From: Oscillospiraceae bacterium
GTDB lineage: Bacteria; Bacillota; Clostridia; Oscillospirales; Oscillospiraceae
Length of the DNA: 64,000 nucleotides
Direction: 5' to 3'
NCBI GenBank assembly: GCA_017519975.1
Contig: JAFWRM010000053.1
Coordinates: 27,176 to 91,175, forward strand
Every line of letters begins with the position of its first letter. The first letter of the stretch is position 1. A program made the translations under genes and the position numbers. The notes beneath the pieces were generated by a model. It was not told the origin of the DNA, made no database searches, and saw only the letters and a program-made list of their open reading frames with translations. Shown here in pieces: positions 19,031-27,674 of the stretch.

Positions 19031-20008
19031 TTAAGCCGCCTCCTTTGCCGCTTGTACTGATTTCTTCTTTTTCTTTCCGGAAGAGAACTGGGCTTTGATA
19101 CGCGGGTCGACCACGGCGTAGAGAATATCCACTACGATACTCATCATGCATACGATGAAAGCCGTCAGGATGACCGACCCGTTGATGATCGGATAATCCC
19201 TGTTGGAGATGCCGCCGTACAGGTAGGTGCCGAGTCCGGGGATTGAGAAGATCAGTTCAACGATCAGCGCACCTCCCATAAGCATGGCAAGCCAGCTTCC
19301 CGTCACGGTGATGACAGGGATCATGGTGTTCTTCATGGCATGTTTCCAGATGATGACGCTCTCCCGCAGTCCTTTCGCCCGGGCCGTACGGATATAATCC
19401 TGCCGGATCGTCTCCAGCATGGAGGTCCTTGTCATACGTGTCAGAAGAGCGATGCCGCCAAGAGCATTGACGAAAACAGGCAGGATATAGGACTTCCATT
19501 CATCCAGTCCGGACAGCGGAAGCCATCGCAGTTTGACGCCGAAAACGACCAGCAGCACCGGAGCGATCACGAATGATGGAATCGCGGAGCAGATCAACGC
19601 GAAAGACGTAAAACCGTAGTCCAGAGCGCTGTACTGTTTGATGGCGGCGATTATTCCGCAGGGAATGCCGATGAGGATCGTCACGATAATGCTCAGGAAC
19701 GCAATGCTGAAAGTGGTCCCCATACGGGTTGTCAGTTCCGTGATGACAGGAATGTTCGTCATATAGGACTTGCCGAAGTCAAATCTCGTGACAACATTCC
19801 ATATATAGCTTCCGAGTTGGGCAAGGTATCCCTTGTCCAGTCCCAGCTCCGCCGCTTTTTTTGCATATTTCTCAGGGGTGTACCCATTACCAAGAATGGT
19901 CTGCACCGGATCGCCGGGCGTAAGATATGTGATCGTGAAAACGATGATCAGAACGCCCAGGAGAACAGGTATTGCCCAGAGGATCCTCTTGATGATATAT
20001 TTTGCCAA
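19031..20008 (-). CDS. ABC transporter permease (OppB/DppB-like)
   Basis: N-terminal MAKYIIKRILWAIPVLLGV and the DYIRTARAKGL motif. It abuts the next permease gene with no gap. Confidence 0.85.
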   Translation of the reverse strand: MAKYIIKRILWAIPVLLGVLIIVFTITYLTPGDPVQTILGNGYTPEKYAKKAAELGLDKGYLAQLGSYIWNVVTRFDFGKSYMTNIPVITELTTRMGTTFSIAFLSIIVTILIGIPCGIIAAIKQYSALDYGFTSFALICSAIPSFVIAPVLLVVFGVKLRWLPLSGLDEWKSYILPVFVNALGGIALLTRMTRTSMLETIRQDYIRTARAKGLRESVIIWKHAMKNTMIPVITVTGSWLAMLMGGALIVELIFSIPGLGTYLYGGISNRDYPIINGSVILTAFIVCMMSIVVDILYAVVDPRIKAQFSSGKKKKKSVQAAKEAA

Positions 20009-20042
20009 GATAATGCCCCCTATCGGATTATCGGGTAATACA

Positions 20043-20075
20043 GCGGGAAGTCACACAGATGGTGTGGCTTCCCGC
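20043..20075 (-). promoter_or_regulatory. Intercistronic stem-loop between the binding-protein and permease genes
   Basis: 14-bp stem (GCGGGAAGTCACAC / GTGTGGCTTCCCGC, one G-U pair) with a 5-nt loop and no U-tract on the transcribed strand. Position is typical of mRNA-stabilising or attenuating hairpins after SBP genes. Confidence 0.45.
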
Positions 20076-20113
20076 ACTCTTTTGATCTAATTGTACGGCA
20101 ACTCGGTCAGCAC

Positions 20114-21730
20114 TCAGTTCCAGGCAGAGGCGTAGCTCATGTTTGCCAGATTCCAGTATTCACTGTTCATGACAGCACGCTCCATCTGAGCCTTTCCGAA
20201 CACATCGGTACGATACCCGACCTGGAAGGTCATCTCGGAGTAGGGAATGGCGAGGAACTCGTCATAGGTATACTGCTGCAGTTCCTGAGATTTCGCGATG
20301 CGCGTTTGAAGGTCGGTGCTTGCAGCGACTTCAAGATACAGATTGTCGTAATACTCGTCATCGATGAACGTCCAGTTCGATCCGTTCGGATTCGCCGCCC
20401 AGTCAAGGCCGCGGACATACTGGCCATCCTGGGAGCCGAAGTTATCATAATAGAAGCCGCATTCCACGCCGGAGCCGGGGGTATTCCAGTCGTTGATGGT
20501 GGCAGCGATATCCTTCAGGTCAAACGTAAACTTGACATACATCTGGTTGCAGTAGTACTCGAAAGCTTCGCAGCACTTACTGAAGTAGGGGCTCTCCATG
20601 GTAACCGTGTGGATCTCCAGAGGCTTCTCCTCGGAATAGCCGGCAGCAGTCATCAACTGCTTCGCTTTCTCCAGATCATACTTGTATGTGCCTACGTTCT
20701 TATACTCGGGCGAGTCGCTGGGAACGCTGGACGTCGCCTGCTTCCACGTCACTCCGAGGACGACCTGACCGAACTCATCCCAGGGAATGCCGACGGCAAA
20801 GGCCTCACGGATGTTCTTGTCATACCAGCAGTCGTTCTCCAGGAAGCCCATCTGGAAGAAATGATTGACGCCGGCCGAACCGGTGAGGACATCGTAGCCC
20901 TTTCCCCCGTCCTTCTGGAAACGTTCATATTCGGAAGCAGAGAACTGGCACATGGCGATATTGCCGGCTTCCAGATCCATTTCCATAGTGGAGGTGTCCT
21001 TATAGTATTTCAGTACCCACTCACGGATGGTCACAGGATCCTTGTCCTTGTTCCAGTAATCGTCGCGCGCCGTAAACGTTGCATGGTCGTCGATCTTATA
21101 GTCGCTGACGACATACGGGCCGGTGCCGACAGGCTTCTGCCAATCCAGAGAATCCCAGCCCACAGACTCTGCCCAGGACTTGTCGTACAGATAGATGATA
21201 TAGGAGGAGAAGAACGCAGAGTAGAAGGTGGAGAATTTCATCTTCAGGGTCAGCTCATCTACGATCTCGCACTCGTCGTACAGAATATTGAACTCCCAGA
21301 TATATGCGGAACTTCTGTCAACATGGCTGGAGTAGCTGAACAGCACGTCTTCCGCCGTGGCCTTGTCGCCATTGGAGAAATAGACGTTGTCCTTCAGTTT
21401 CATGACAAGCGTGGTATCGTCCTCAAAATGCCAGTCCTCCAGGATTTCGGACTTGACTTCCTTTGTTACAGGATCCACTTTGAAAACTTCGTCAAATACA
21501 AGGCTGCAGGCGCCGTCATTCTCTGCGGGCGTCGTGCCGGTGATAAAGTTGGGCATGATAGAGCAGCCGATAGTCACGGAGTCATACTTATAGCCGCTGC
21601 CCTCTTTGCCGGGAACAGCCGCCTTGCTGATCTCGGCGTCGTCGCTTTTCTTGCTGCCGCAGGCGCCCAGGGCAAGAACCATAAGGACGACGAGAAGCAG
21701 ACAAACCAGGGTACGCAGTTTTTTCATCAT
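20114..21730 (-). CDS. ABC transporter substrate-binding lipoprotein, family 5 (peptide/nickel/opine type)
   Basis: Signal peptide ending in the lipobox LALGAC. About 540 aa. AAGAGG lies 5 nt before the ATG at 21730 (the track's 21751 start is also possible). Confidence 0.85.
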   Translation of the reverse strand: MMKKLRTLVCLLLVVLMVLALGACGSKKSDDAEISKAAVPGKEGSGYKYDSVTIGCSIMPNFITGTTPAENDGACSLVFDEVFKVDPVTKEVKSEILEDWHFEDDTTLVMKLKDNVYFSNGDKATAEDVLFSYSSHVDRSSAYIWEFNILYDECEIVDELTLKMKFSTFYSAFFSSYIIYLYDKSWAESVGWDSLDWQKPVGTGPYVVSDYKIDDHATFTARDDYWNKDKDPVTIREWVLKYYKDTSTMEMDLEAGNIAMCQFSASEYERFQKDGGKGYDVLTGSAGVNHFFQMGFLENDCWYDKNIREAFAVGIPWDEFGQVVLGVTWKQATSSVPSDSPEYKNVGTYKYDLEKAKQLMTAAGYSEEKPLEIHTVTMESPYFSKCCEAFEYYCNQMYVKFTFDLKDIAATINDWNTPGSGVECGFYYDNFGSQDGQYVRGLDWAANPNGSNWTFIDDEYYDNLYLEVAASTDLQTRIAKSQELQQYTYDEFLAIPYSEMTFQVGYRTDVFGKAQMERAVMNSEYWNLANMSYASAWN

Positions 21731-21844
21731 TCTACCTCTTTCCTTTTTCATTTGATTTCACTTTCTACACGGCTGTCTCTGCAGCCGATGCGTTCTTACG
21801 CATCTCGTTTTTCGGGAGAATATCTTTTGTTTTCACCCATCTCA

Positions 21845-21873
21845 ATTATATAGTAGCCCGCTTTTTGTGTGAA
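21845..21873 (-). promoter_or_regulatory. Promoter of the ABC-transporter/reductase operon
   Basis: On the minus strand: TTCACA (21873-21868), 17 nt, TATAAT (21850-21845). Confidence 0.5.
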
Positions 21874-21992
21874 ATTGCATTTTTGTTCCAATTGGTGCAA
21901 AAACATTACTGTTGTGCGGCAGAATTTAGAGCTTATGCAAGAGAAAGCCGTCTTTTCCGACCTTCCTGTTTCCGTGTACCAGCTGCTTTTCC

Positions 21993-22020
21993 TTGACAAA
22001 CCCAGCCCGTCACATATACT
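21993..22020 (+). promoter_or_regulatory. Promoter of the LysR gene
   Basis: TTGACA (21993-21998), 16 nt, TATACT (22015-22020). Confidence 0.5.
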
Positions 22021-22096
22021 AAAAAGTGTACATTACCGATGGCCCGCAAAGAGCCGATACTGCGGGTCTGGTTTGCTGCCGGAAGGGAGTTTTTGG

Positions 22097-23008
22097 ATGA
22101 ATGACGCTCAGATCAAATGTTTTCTGGCCGCAGCCAGATACGAGAATTTCACCAAAGCCGCTGAGTCTCTGTTCCTGTCTCAGCCGGTCGTCGGCAGGCA
22201 TATATCCAACCTGGAAGAGGAGCTGGGTTTTTCTCTTTTCACCCGCGAAAGGAAGTCCGTGAAGCTGACGGAAAACGGGCGGCTTTTCGCAGAGTTTCTG
22301 CAGGACTGCACAGATCAGTATTCTGCCCTGATGGATCGAATCCAGAACAATCTTCGTACAGAGTCCATGCATCTGATCCTCGGCACCGTGGAAGGGCAGA
22401 ACATCGGAGATACCTACGCCGCCGCATTCCGGTATCAGGTGGACAACATGCCACATTTCATTCTGTCCATCAAATATTTTCTGAACGCCGAAATCATCGA
22501 TGCGGTACTCAACGGAACCGTGGACGCCATCATCATTGATGAAGAAAGCATCAGCCGTTTCAAGGACATGCTGGATTATCAGGTCATAAATTCTCTTCAT
22601 ACCAATCTCATCGTACCGATTACCCATCCCGCGGCGGAAAAGCGCACGATCTCCATTGAGGATTTTCAGGATGACCGTTTTATCCTGCTCAGCAGAAAAG
22701 ACAGCGAAATTACCATGGAGATTCAGAAATCTCATCTGGAGATCATGGGCATACACAATTTCATCGAGGCACCGGATATTTCCACGCTGTCGGCGTGGGT
22801 CTCCGCAGGCATAGGCATCACGACCGTTCCGGAAAATCATCGTATCTGCTCGTCCCCGGACGTGCTCTGCCTCGATCTTCCAGAGATCAGATATGTATAC
22901 AACGATGTGATCGCCTGGAGCAAAAACAACCGCAACCCTGCGATCGAAACTTTCTGCAATGTCCTCAAAGTCTCCGGATATGGCCGGGAGAAGAAAGAAT
23001 ATGGATAA
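22097..23008 (+). CDS. LysR-family transcriptional regulator
   Basis: ATG at 22097 after GGAAGGGAG. HTH FTKAAESLFLSQPVVGRHISNLEEELGFSLF. About 300 aa. The upstream part of the 379-aa track ORF was rejected. Confidence 0.85.
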   Translation: MNDAQIKCFLAAARYENFTKAAESLFLSQPVVGRHISNLEEELGFSLFTRERKSVKLTENGRLFAEFLQDCTDQYSALMDRIQNNLRTESMHLILGTVEGQNIGDTYAAAFRYQVDNMPHFILSIKYFLNAEIIDAVLNGTVDAIIIDEESISRFKDMLDYQVINSLHTNLIVPITHPAAEKRTISIEDFQDDRFILLSRKDSEITMEIQKSHLEIMGIHNFIEAPDISTLSAWVSAGIGITTVPENHRICSSPDVLCLDLPEIRYVYNDVIAWSKNNRNPAIETFCNVLKVSGYGREKKEYG

Positions 23009-23495
23009 ACTGATCGCTGTCGTCGTCCTGATTCTGGTTACCGTAATCCTGGCCGCGGGAGAGACCTATTTCAGGCTGGAGCGTTTCCGCGCGAAGGCTG
23101 GCATCCTTCTGGAATCCATCGATCTCGAGCCCTGGTTTTCCCATGTCCGATCCGTGTTTTCCGTACTTCCTGATGATTCTCAGGCCGAATATCTCGCCCT
23201 GTTGCGGGACTATGCCGGAACGTTTTCCGGCGCGGACCGAAGACGTGTCGCTCTGGCCAATCAGCTGCAGGCTCTGGCCAAGAAGAAACTGGCGGACCAT
23301 CTGGACAACGGCATCGCCGTAGCGGCGGCGAAGCTGGCCACGGGCGCCTGGCTGACGGAAGCACAGGCAGCCGGCATGTACAATGAGGAAGTAAGGAAAC
23401 TCAACCGCTCTCTGAGCCGGACCCTGTCAGGTGCCATCGGACGCCTGTTCCGTTTTCGCCCCATGGAGGAACTCAGAGATCTCTCCCTTCTTTGA
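23001..23495 (+). CDS. LemA-like membrane-anchored protein
   Basis: One N-terminal TM helix and a C-terminal MYNEEVRKLNRSLSRTLSGAIGRLFRF resembling the LemA YN..V..YN....FP tail. It overlaps the LysR stop by 8 nt. Confidence 0.45.
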   Translation: MDKLIAVVVLILVTVILAAGETYFRLERFRAKAGILLESIDLEPWFSHVRSVFSVLPDDSQAEYLALLRDYAGTFSGADRRRVALANQLQALAKKKLADHLDNGIAVAAAKLATGAWLTEAQAAGMYNEEVRKLNRSLSRTLSGAIGRLFRFRPMEELRDLSLL

Positions 23496-23506
23496 GATCA
23501 GCACGG

Positions 23507-23560
23507 AAAAAGACCCATCGTCCTGCGCTTTCTGGCGCTTGGATCGATGGGTCTTCTTGG
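23507..23560. terminator. Bidirectional hairpin between convergent genes
   Basis: AGACCCATCG (23511-23520) pairs with CGATGGGTCT (23545-23554). It is flanked by an A-run upstream and a T-rich tract downstream. Confidence 0.5.
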
Positions 23561-23573
23561 TTTCTTCGGCGCT

Positions 23574-24260
23574 TCATACCTCGGGAGGCATCGCATATCC
23601 AGAAATCAGACGCCATTCGTTGAGTGCGGGAGAATAGATGCATCCTACGGTCTCCAGGTGCTCATAACTCTGCAGCATGATGATCTTGGAAAACCCCTGA
23701 GGGATATCCGAACGGAAGGGAGACGTGGAATCCAACTGACACAGATAAATCCCGTCTTTTACCCGAATGTACTTTGCTGGGATCGTTCTCTGCCGGTCCG
23801 TACGGGGAGACCAGATGCAGGTGCAGGTGCCGTCTTCGTTATACGTATTTTCCAGATACCGCTCGTTCCCGAAATACCACCTGACATGCGTGCCGGTCAT
23901 ATCCTCGGTATATCCGGGCCTGTGCCCCTTCTGCTGCATGCCGCTGATCTCACAGAAGGAATACCGGGTCCCTTTCAGGTCACTGAGGACCGCAAATCCG
24001 TTTTCCAGATCAAGTACCGCTGTCGTGATAAACTCGCCGAAGAAAACGATGTGTGTGCGGTCATCCAGTTTCAGAGCCTCATACTGGGAGAGGCACTCTC
24101 CGTTGTTATCCGTACAGCTCACAAACTCCCGGTCCTGAAAATCCAGGATAAATGTATCAGCCCCTTCTTTCAGTTCAAACCTCTTCCCGCTCAACTCGTA
24201 ATCCTTGGGATAGCAGTACTGAGTAAACCCGTAATGGGCTCCTGTATTCGTCTTGTTCAT
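23574..24260 (-). CDS. MoaF-like / PAD-like calycin-fold protein (paralogue B), function unknown
   Basis: Two beta-rich halves. The N-terminal YELSGKRFEL...FILDF and C-terminal MTGTHVRWYFGN...YLENTY resemble MoaF N/C domains and the phenolic-acid-decarboxylase lipocalin fold. This is a tentative call from memory of the family. AAGGAGG overlaps the upstream stop. Confidence 0.5.
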   Translation of the reverse strand: MNKTNTGAHYGFTQYCYPKDYELSGKRFELKEGADTFILDFQDREFVSCTDNNGECLSQYEALKLDDRTHIVFFGEFITTAVLDLENGFAVLSDLKGTRYSFCEISGMQQKGHRPGYTEDMTGTHVRWYFGNERYLENTYNEDGTCTCIWSPRTDRQRTIPAKYIRVKDGIYLCQLDSTSPFRSDIPQGFSKIIMLQSYEHLETVGCIYSPALNEWRLISGYAMPPEV

Positions 24261-24272
24261 CGTCATCCCTCC

Positions 24273-25121
24273 TTACACGGTAAACGGATTCCGGGCATTC
24301 AGGAACGCCTCAGGAAGTTCGACGGGAGAGCCGAATGCCGCCAGCGGAACAAAGATGTGCCGGTATCCCGCCTCTCCCGACCTCTGTACATCTCCCACGC
24401 CCCGTCCGACCTGCATCATGCGGTCGTAATTCTGAAGGAGCGTCAGATTGTCACAGCGGAAATGTTGGAGATCGCCCAGCATTCTCTCTTCCGTTTCCTC
24501 GGTGAGGGAAAACAGGAACATGTTTTCCTTGATCTTAATATATTTCGCGTGTTCGTCCGTGGAAGGCAGCATCTCGTTCGTCTCGTCAAAATCCTCGGCT
24601 GCCGCCCCTTCATCCTCCCAGGTGATCCGATACCAGTCGCTCTCGAGATAAGCGTGGCGCGTGAACAGCTGCGGCGACCACCGCCACTGCACCGTCGTAC
24701 CCAGATGTTCAGCGGAGAAGGTGTGCCGTTTGTAGGGAAGCTTGTATCCAAGCATCCGGATAGCGCCGAAAGTGAAGACTCGTTCCATGATATGCGGATT
24801 CACAGGATGCACACCTTTCCTGCATATCAGCTGGGTCACCAGTCTCTGCTCAAAATCCAGCACATATGTGTGGTTTTCGAGGTCGCTGACATCAAAACTC
24901 AGGAAAAAAGTCGTATCGTCGGCTTTGAAACACATATAGGGGGCCTGTTTCGCGCTCTCTCCCTTAATGTGCCAGCTGCACTTTTCCTCATCGATAGTCA
25001 GAATGTAGTCAAGTCCGCTGTCCATGACCAGATACAGTTCCCTCCCTGCCAGTTCATAACTGTTCGCCCTGGCAAAATGGGAAATACTATAATCCTCTCT
25101 CGGATATTCCATCAGGTTCAT
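24273..25121 (-). CDS. MoaF-like / PAD-like calycin-fold protein (paralogue A), function unknown
   Basis: Same two-domain pattern (YELAGRELYLVMDSG...YILTIDE; LGTTVQWRWSP...AYLESDWYRITW). A TATAAT box on the minus strand at 25185-25180 suggests its own promoter. Confidence 0.5.
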   Translation of the reverse strand: MNLMEYPREDYSISHFARANSYELAGRELYLVMDSGLDYILTIDEEKCSWHIKGESAKQAPYMCFKADDTTFFLSFDVSDLENHTYVLDFEQRLVTQLICRKGVHPVNPHIMERVFTFGAIRMLGYKLPYKRHTFSAEHLGTTVQWRWSPQLFTRHAYLESDWYRITWEDEGAAAEDFDETNEMLPSTDEHAKYIKIKENMFLFSLTEETEERMLGDLQHFRCDNLTLLQNYDRMMQVGRGVGDVQRSGEAGYRHIFVPLAAFGSPVELPEAFLNARNPFTV

Positions 25122-25364
25122 CTTAACACCCCGTCCGTCTGCTATGATTTGATACCGCAGTTCTCAGCATTCTTCTCTGATTATAGTCTCACTCTCTTCA
25201 CCGGAAAAGAACCGTTTCTGTTCCGTTTGGTGCAGATAAGCTATCCTAAAACACAATAATCCAGGCCTGGTAGTAATGGTCTGTGCCCTCTGCACACAGT
25301 CACGTTCATCGTCTTTCTGCTCCTCATACTTCCGCAAATGCGGCAGATTTCAGGCAGTGCCGTA

Positions 25365-26351
25365 TTACATGCCTCCGTGTTTCCCGCGTTTCTCCGACGC
25401 TCTGGATATGAGCGCGTACATTTTCTCCTCTATCTCGGCATCTCCTGTCTGTCCCAGCAGAAAGCCGAGAAAACAATAGCTCTTTCCGTATTTTCCGTAC
25501 TGCTCCATACATCTGTCCACTTCCGCGGTGATCTCAGCAATTGTGGCATCCGGTGCTCCCGGCCTTCCCTGAGTATCGTATCCGCCGGTCACCCCGATTC
25601 GGTCCGCGTACTGCTCCAGAATGGCACAGATGTCATTTGTCGGCTGAGCAGACTGCCAGGCGGCGGAGCCTTCCTCGATCAGATCGGGGATGATATCCTG
25701 GCAGTATCCGCACATATGTATCTGCGGGATCATGCCGTAGGCCGCAGCGGCTTCGTTCATGCGCTTATGCTGAGGTTTTATCAGCGTCCGATATGTTTCG
25801 GGCGATACGAAAAGCCCTCTCTCCGTCGCCACATCGTCATAGTGCACGAAACTGTCTGGCCTGAAGTAATCGTGTACACGCTCGATCAGTCTGATCTTAT
25901 AGTCCGTAATTGCGCTCATCAGCGCCGCACAGGCCTCCGGTTCTTCATAAAACGCGCACAGGGCATTTTCAAAGCCCATCAGATGCGTTACACGCAGAAA
26001 CTGCGAGTTCCACGAATGGTATTCCAGTACCCTGTCCCTTTTCTCTATGCCGGCCAGCTCTGTTCTTGCGTACTCCTCCCAGTTGACGGCGTCAAGATCC
26101 GGAAACACCACGAAGTCCTCCCATGCAGTAACATCCTCAAGCACTATGGGATGCGCTACAGGAACCCCCTGGCCTGCCGCCGAGTGCGTAGCGATCCATT
26201 TCACGCCAAAACCATCCACTCCCCCTCCGGCAGGACCGTTCTCAAAAGTCTCATGATCATTCCCGCACATATACACATCCTCAAACATGCTAGGAATCCA
26301 CTGTGTTTCTTCGTGATTCAGAAACGCAAGATAGTTCTCCTTGACATCCAT
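25365..26351 (-). CDS. URO-D-family (MtaA/CmuA-like) zinc methyltransferase, paralogue 1
   Basis: 328 aa. URO-D-like TIM-barrel pattern with the H-x-C-G zinc motif (QIHMCGYC). GGAGG RBS. Flanked by 244-nt and 220-nt non-coding gaps. Confidence 0.75.
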   Translation of the reverse strand: MDVKENYLAFLNHEETQWIPSMFEDVYMCGNDHETFENGPAGGGVDGFGVKWIATHSAAGQGVPVAHPIVLEDVTAWEDFVVFPDLDAVNWEEYARTELAGIEKRDRVLEYHSWNSQFLRVTHLMGFENALCAFYEEPEACAALMSAITDYKIRLIERVHDYFRPDSFVHYDDVATERGLFVSPETYRTLIKPQHKRMNEAAAAYGMIPQIHMCGYCQDIIPDLIEEGSAAWQSAQPTNDICAILEQYADRIGVTGGYDTQGRPGAPDATIAEITAEVDRCMEQYGKYGKSYCFLGFLLGQTGDAEIEEKMYALISRASEKRGKHGGM

Positions 26352-26510
26352 TTCTTCCCGACCTCCGTTAAAACAGTCGCGTCCGTCTTCAGCTATAAAA
26401 CTGAACTGCTTTTATTATGCAGGATCAGCCGAGCCGTGGGAAATGCTAAATCTGTACCGAATGGTGCATCAACACTTTCTGCGGTCGCCCCTGTTTTCTC
26501 CAAAATGCCG

Positions 26511-26550
26511 AAATGACCCGGTGAGATCTGCGATCTCACCGGGTCATTTT
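26511..26550 (-). terminator. Terminator of the permease/MBL/methyltransferase operon
   Basis: AAATGACCCGGTGAGATC-TGC-GATCTCACCGGGTCATTT is a perfect 18-bp stem, 21 nt after the stop at 26571. Confidence 0.7.
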
Positions 26551-26570
26551 CAAAATTCAGGATTGTTTTT

Positions 26571-27575
26571 TCAGGGCAGCACCCTGTACTCCGGTTTCGT
26601 GAAGAAATCCTCTCTCGCGGCCAGCGCCTTGTCCACGGCAGCCCGCAGGCCGGGAACGGTGCTGTTGCCCAGCGGGAACACCGCGCCGCCGCGGCAGATC
26701 CGATCGATGCGCTCCGCCGTCAGGCGGTCGATCTCTTCCTGCGTCACGCCGCGCGCCTGCACTTCCGGCGTATCCATGCACCCGAAGAAGGTCATGCGGT
26801 CTCCGTACTTATGCACGATGGACGGAATGTCGTTCATCCCCTGGCAGGAGGACCAGTGCTCGAGGCCGATGGCGATCATCTCCGGCAGAAGCGGCTCCAC
26901 CTTTCCGCAGGAGTGGACCTGAATGTGGATCCCCTTCTCCTTGCCGTGGCGGATGATGCGCCCCATGGGCTCCGCCAGCAGTTCTTTCCAGGTGTCTACG
27001 GACATGAAGGTGCTCTTCTGCGTGCCCCAGTCGTCGTGCAGGTCGATCAGATCGATGGGATAGGCCTCGGCCAGCCGGTCGATCAGTTCGATCTTGTGGT
27101 CCGCCACACGGTTGAAGAAGGCGGCGCAGGCTTCCGGCTCCATGAGCAGAGCGCACAGGGCGTCTTCCGTGGACATGAGGGACAGCAGACGCTCGAACGG
27201 CCCCTGCATGATGGTCACCTGATTCAGCTTATCCGGGTCGTAGGTGGGGGCGTTCAGTTCCTTCTCCGCCTCCGCCTTGAAATCGTACTTCGACAGATCC
27301 GGGAACTTCACCACGGTCTCCCACTCGGTGATGTCGTCCATCAGCGGCGGATAGGACGGGTCCACCATGGGCGCGCCGCTGGACTCCTCATATTTCCAAT
27401 GAACGCCGAACCAGTCCACCCCGTCGCTGCCGAAAGGTCTGCCGGGAATGGCCGGGGCTCTCTCGGCCAGGATGTAGGTGGCCAGCATGTTCGTGTCCTT
27501 GATCAGATTTACGATGCGCTCGGGCACCCGGTGCTCCAGAGCCGTCAGCGCGTTTTCCCTTGGTGTCATCGCCAT
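26571..27575 (-). CDS. URO-D-family (MtaA/CmuA-like) zinc methyltransferase, paralogue 2
   Basis: 334 aa with H-x-C-G (IQVHSCGKV). The N-terminal ENALTALEHRVPERI is similar to paralogues 1 and 3. Confidence 0.75.
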   Translation of the reverse strand: MAMTPRENALTALEHRVPERIVNLIKDTNMLATYILAERAPAIPGRPFGSDGVDWFGVHWKYEESSGAPMVDPSYPPLMDDITEWETVVKFPDLSKYDFKAEAEKELNAPTYDPDKLNQVTIMQGPFERLLSLMSTEDALCALLMEPEACAAFFNRVADHKIELIDRLAEAYPIDLIDLHDDWGTQKSTFMSVDTWKELLAEPMGRIIRHGKEKGIHIQVHSCGKVEPLLPEMIAIGLEHWSSCQGMNDIPSIVHKYGDRMTFFGCMDTPEVQARGVTQEEIDRLTAERIDRICRGGAVFPLGNSTVPGLRAAVDKALAAREDFFTKPEYRVLP

Positions 27576-27674
27576 TGTTTATCTCCTATTCCTCTCCGGA
27601 AGCCCGAAGAAAGCCAAAATGATCCCGGGGAGCGGCAGCGGAGCCGTGCTCCGCCGCCGGTCCCCAGGGAAAGA

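Noticed and set aside
21869-22096. 5' extension of the LysR ORF (379-aa version), and similar extensions of the ORFs at 22959, 55432, 61372 and 896.
   Set aside because: The extensions overlap promoters, terminators or upstream genes. Internal ATGs with RBSs give N-termini typical of the respective families.
25122-26570. Long non-coding gaps (244 and 220 nt) flanking the URO-D methyltransferase, plus the 30813-31064 leader region, examined for cobalamin or other riboswitches.
   Set aside because: I could not recognise a B12-box (GCCACTG-like core) or any other conserved riboswitch core by eye. The gaps are explained by a terminator hairpin plus promoter-like elements. A covariance-model scan (Rfam) would be needed for a definitive answer.
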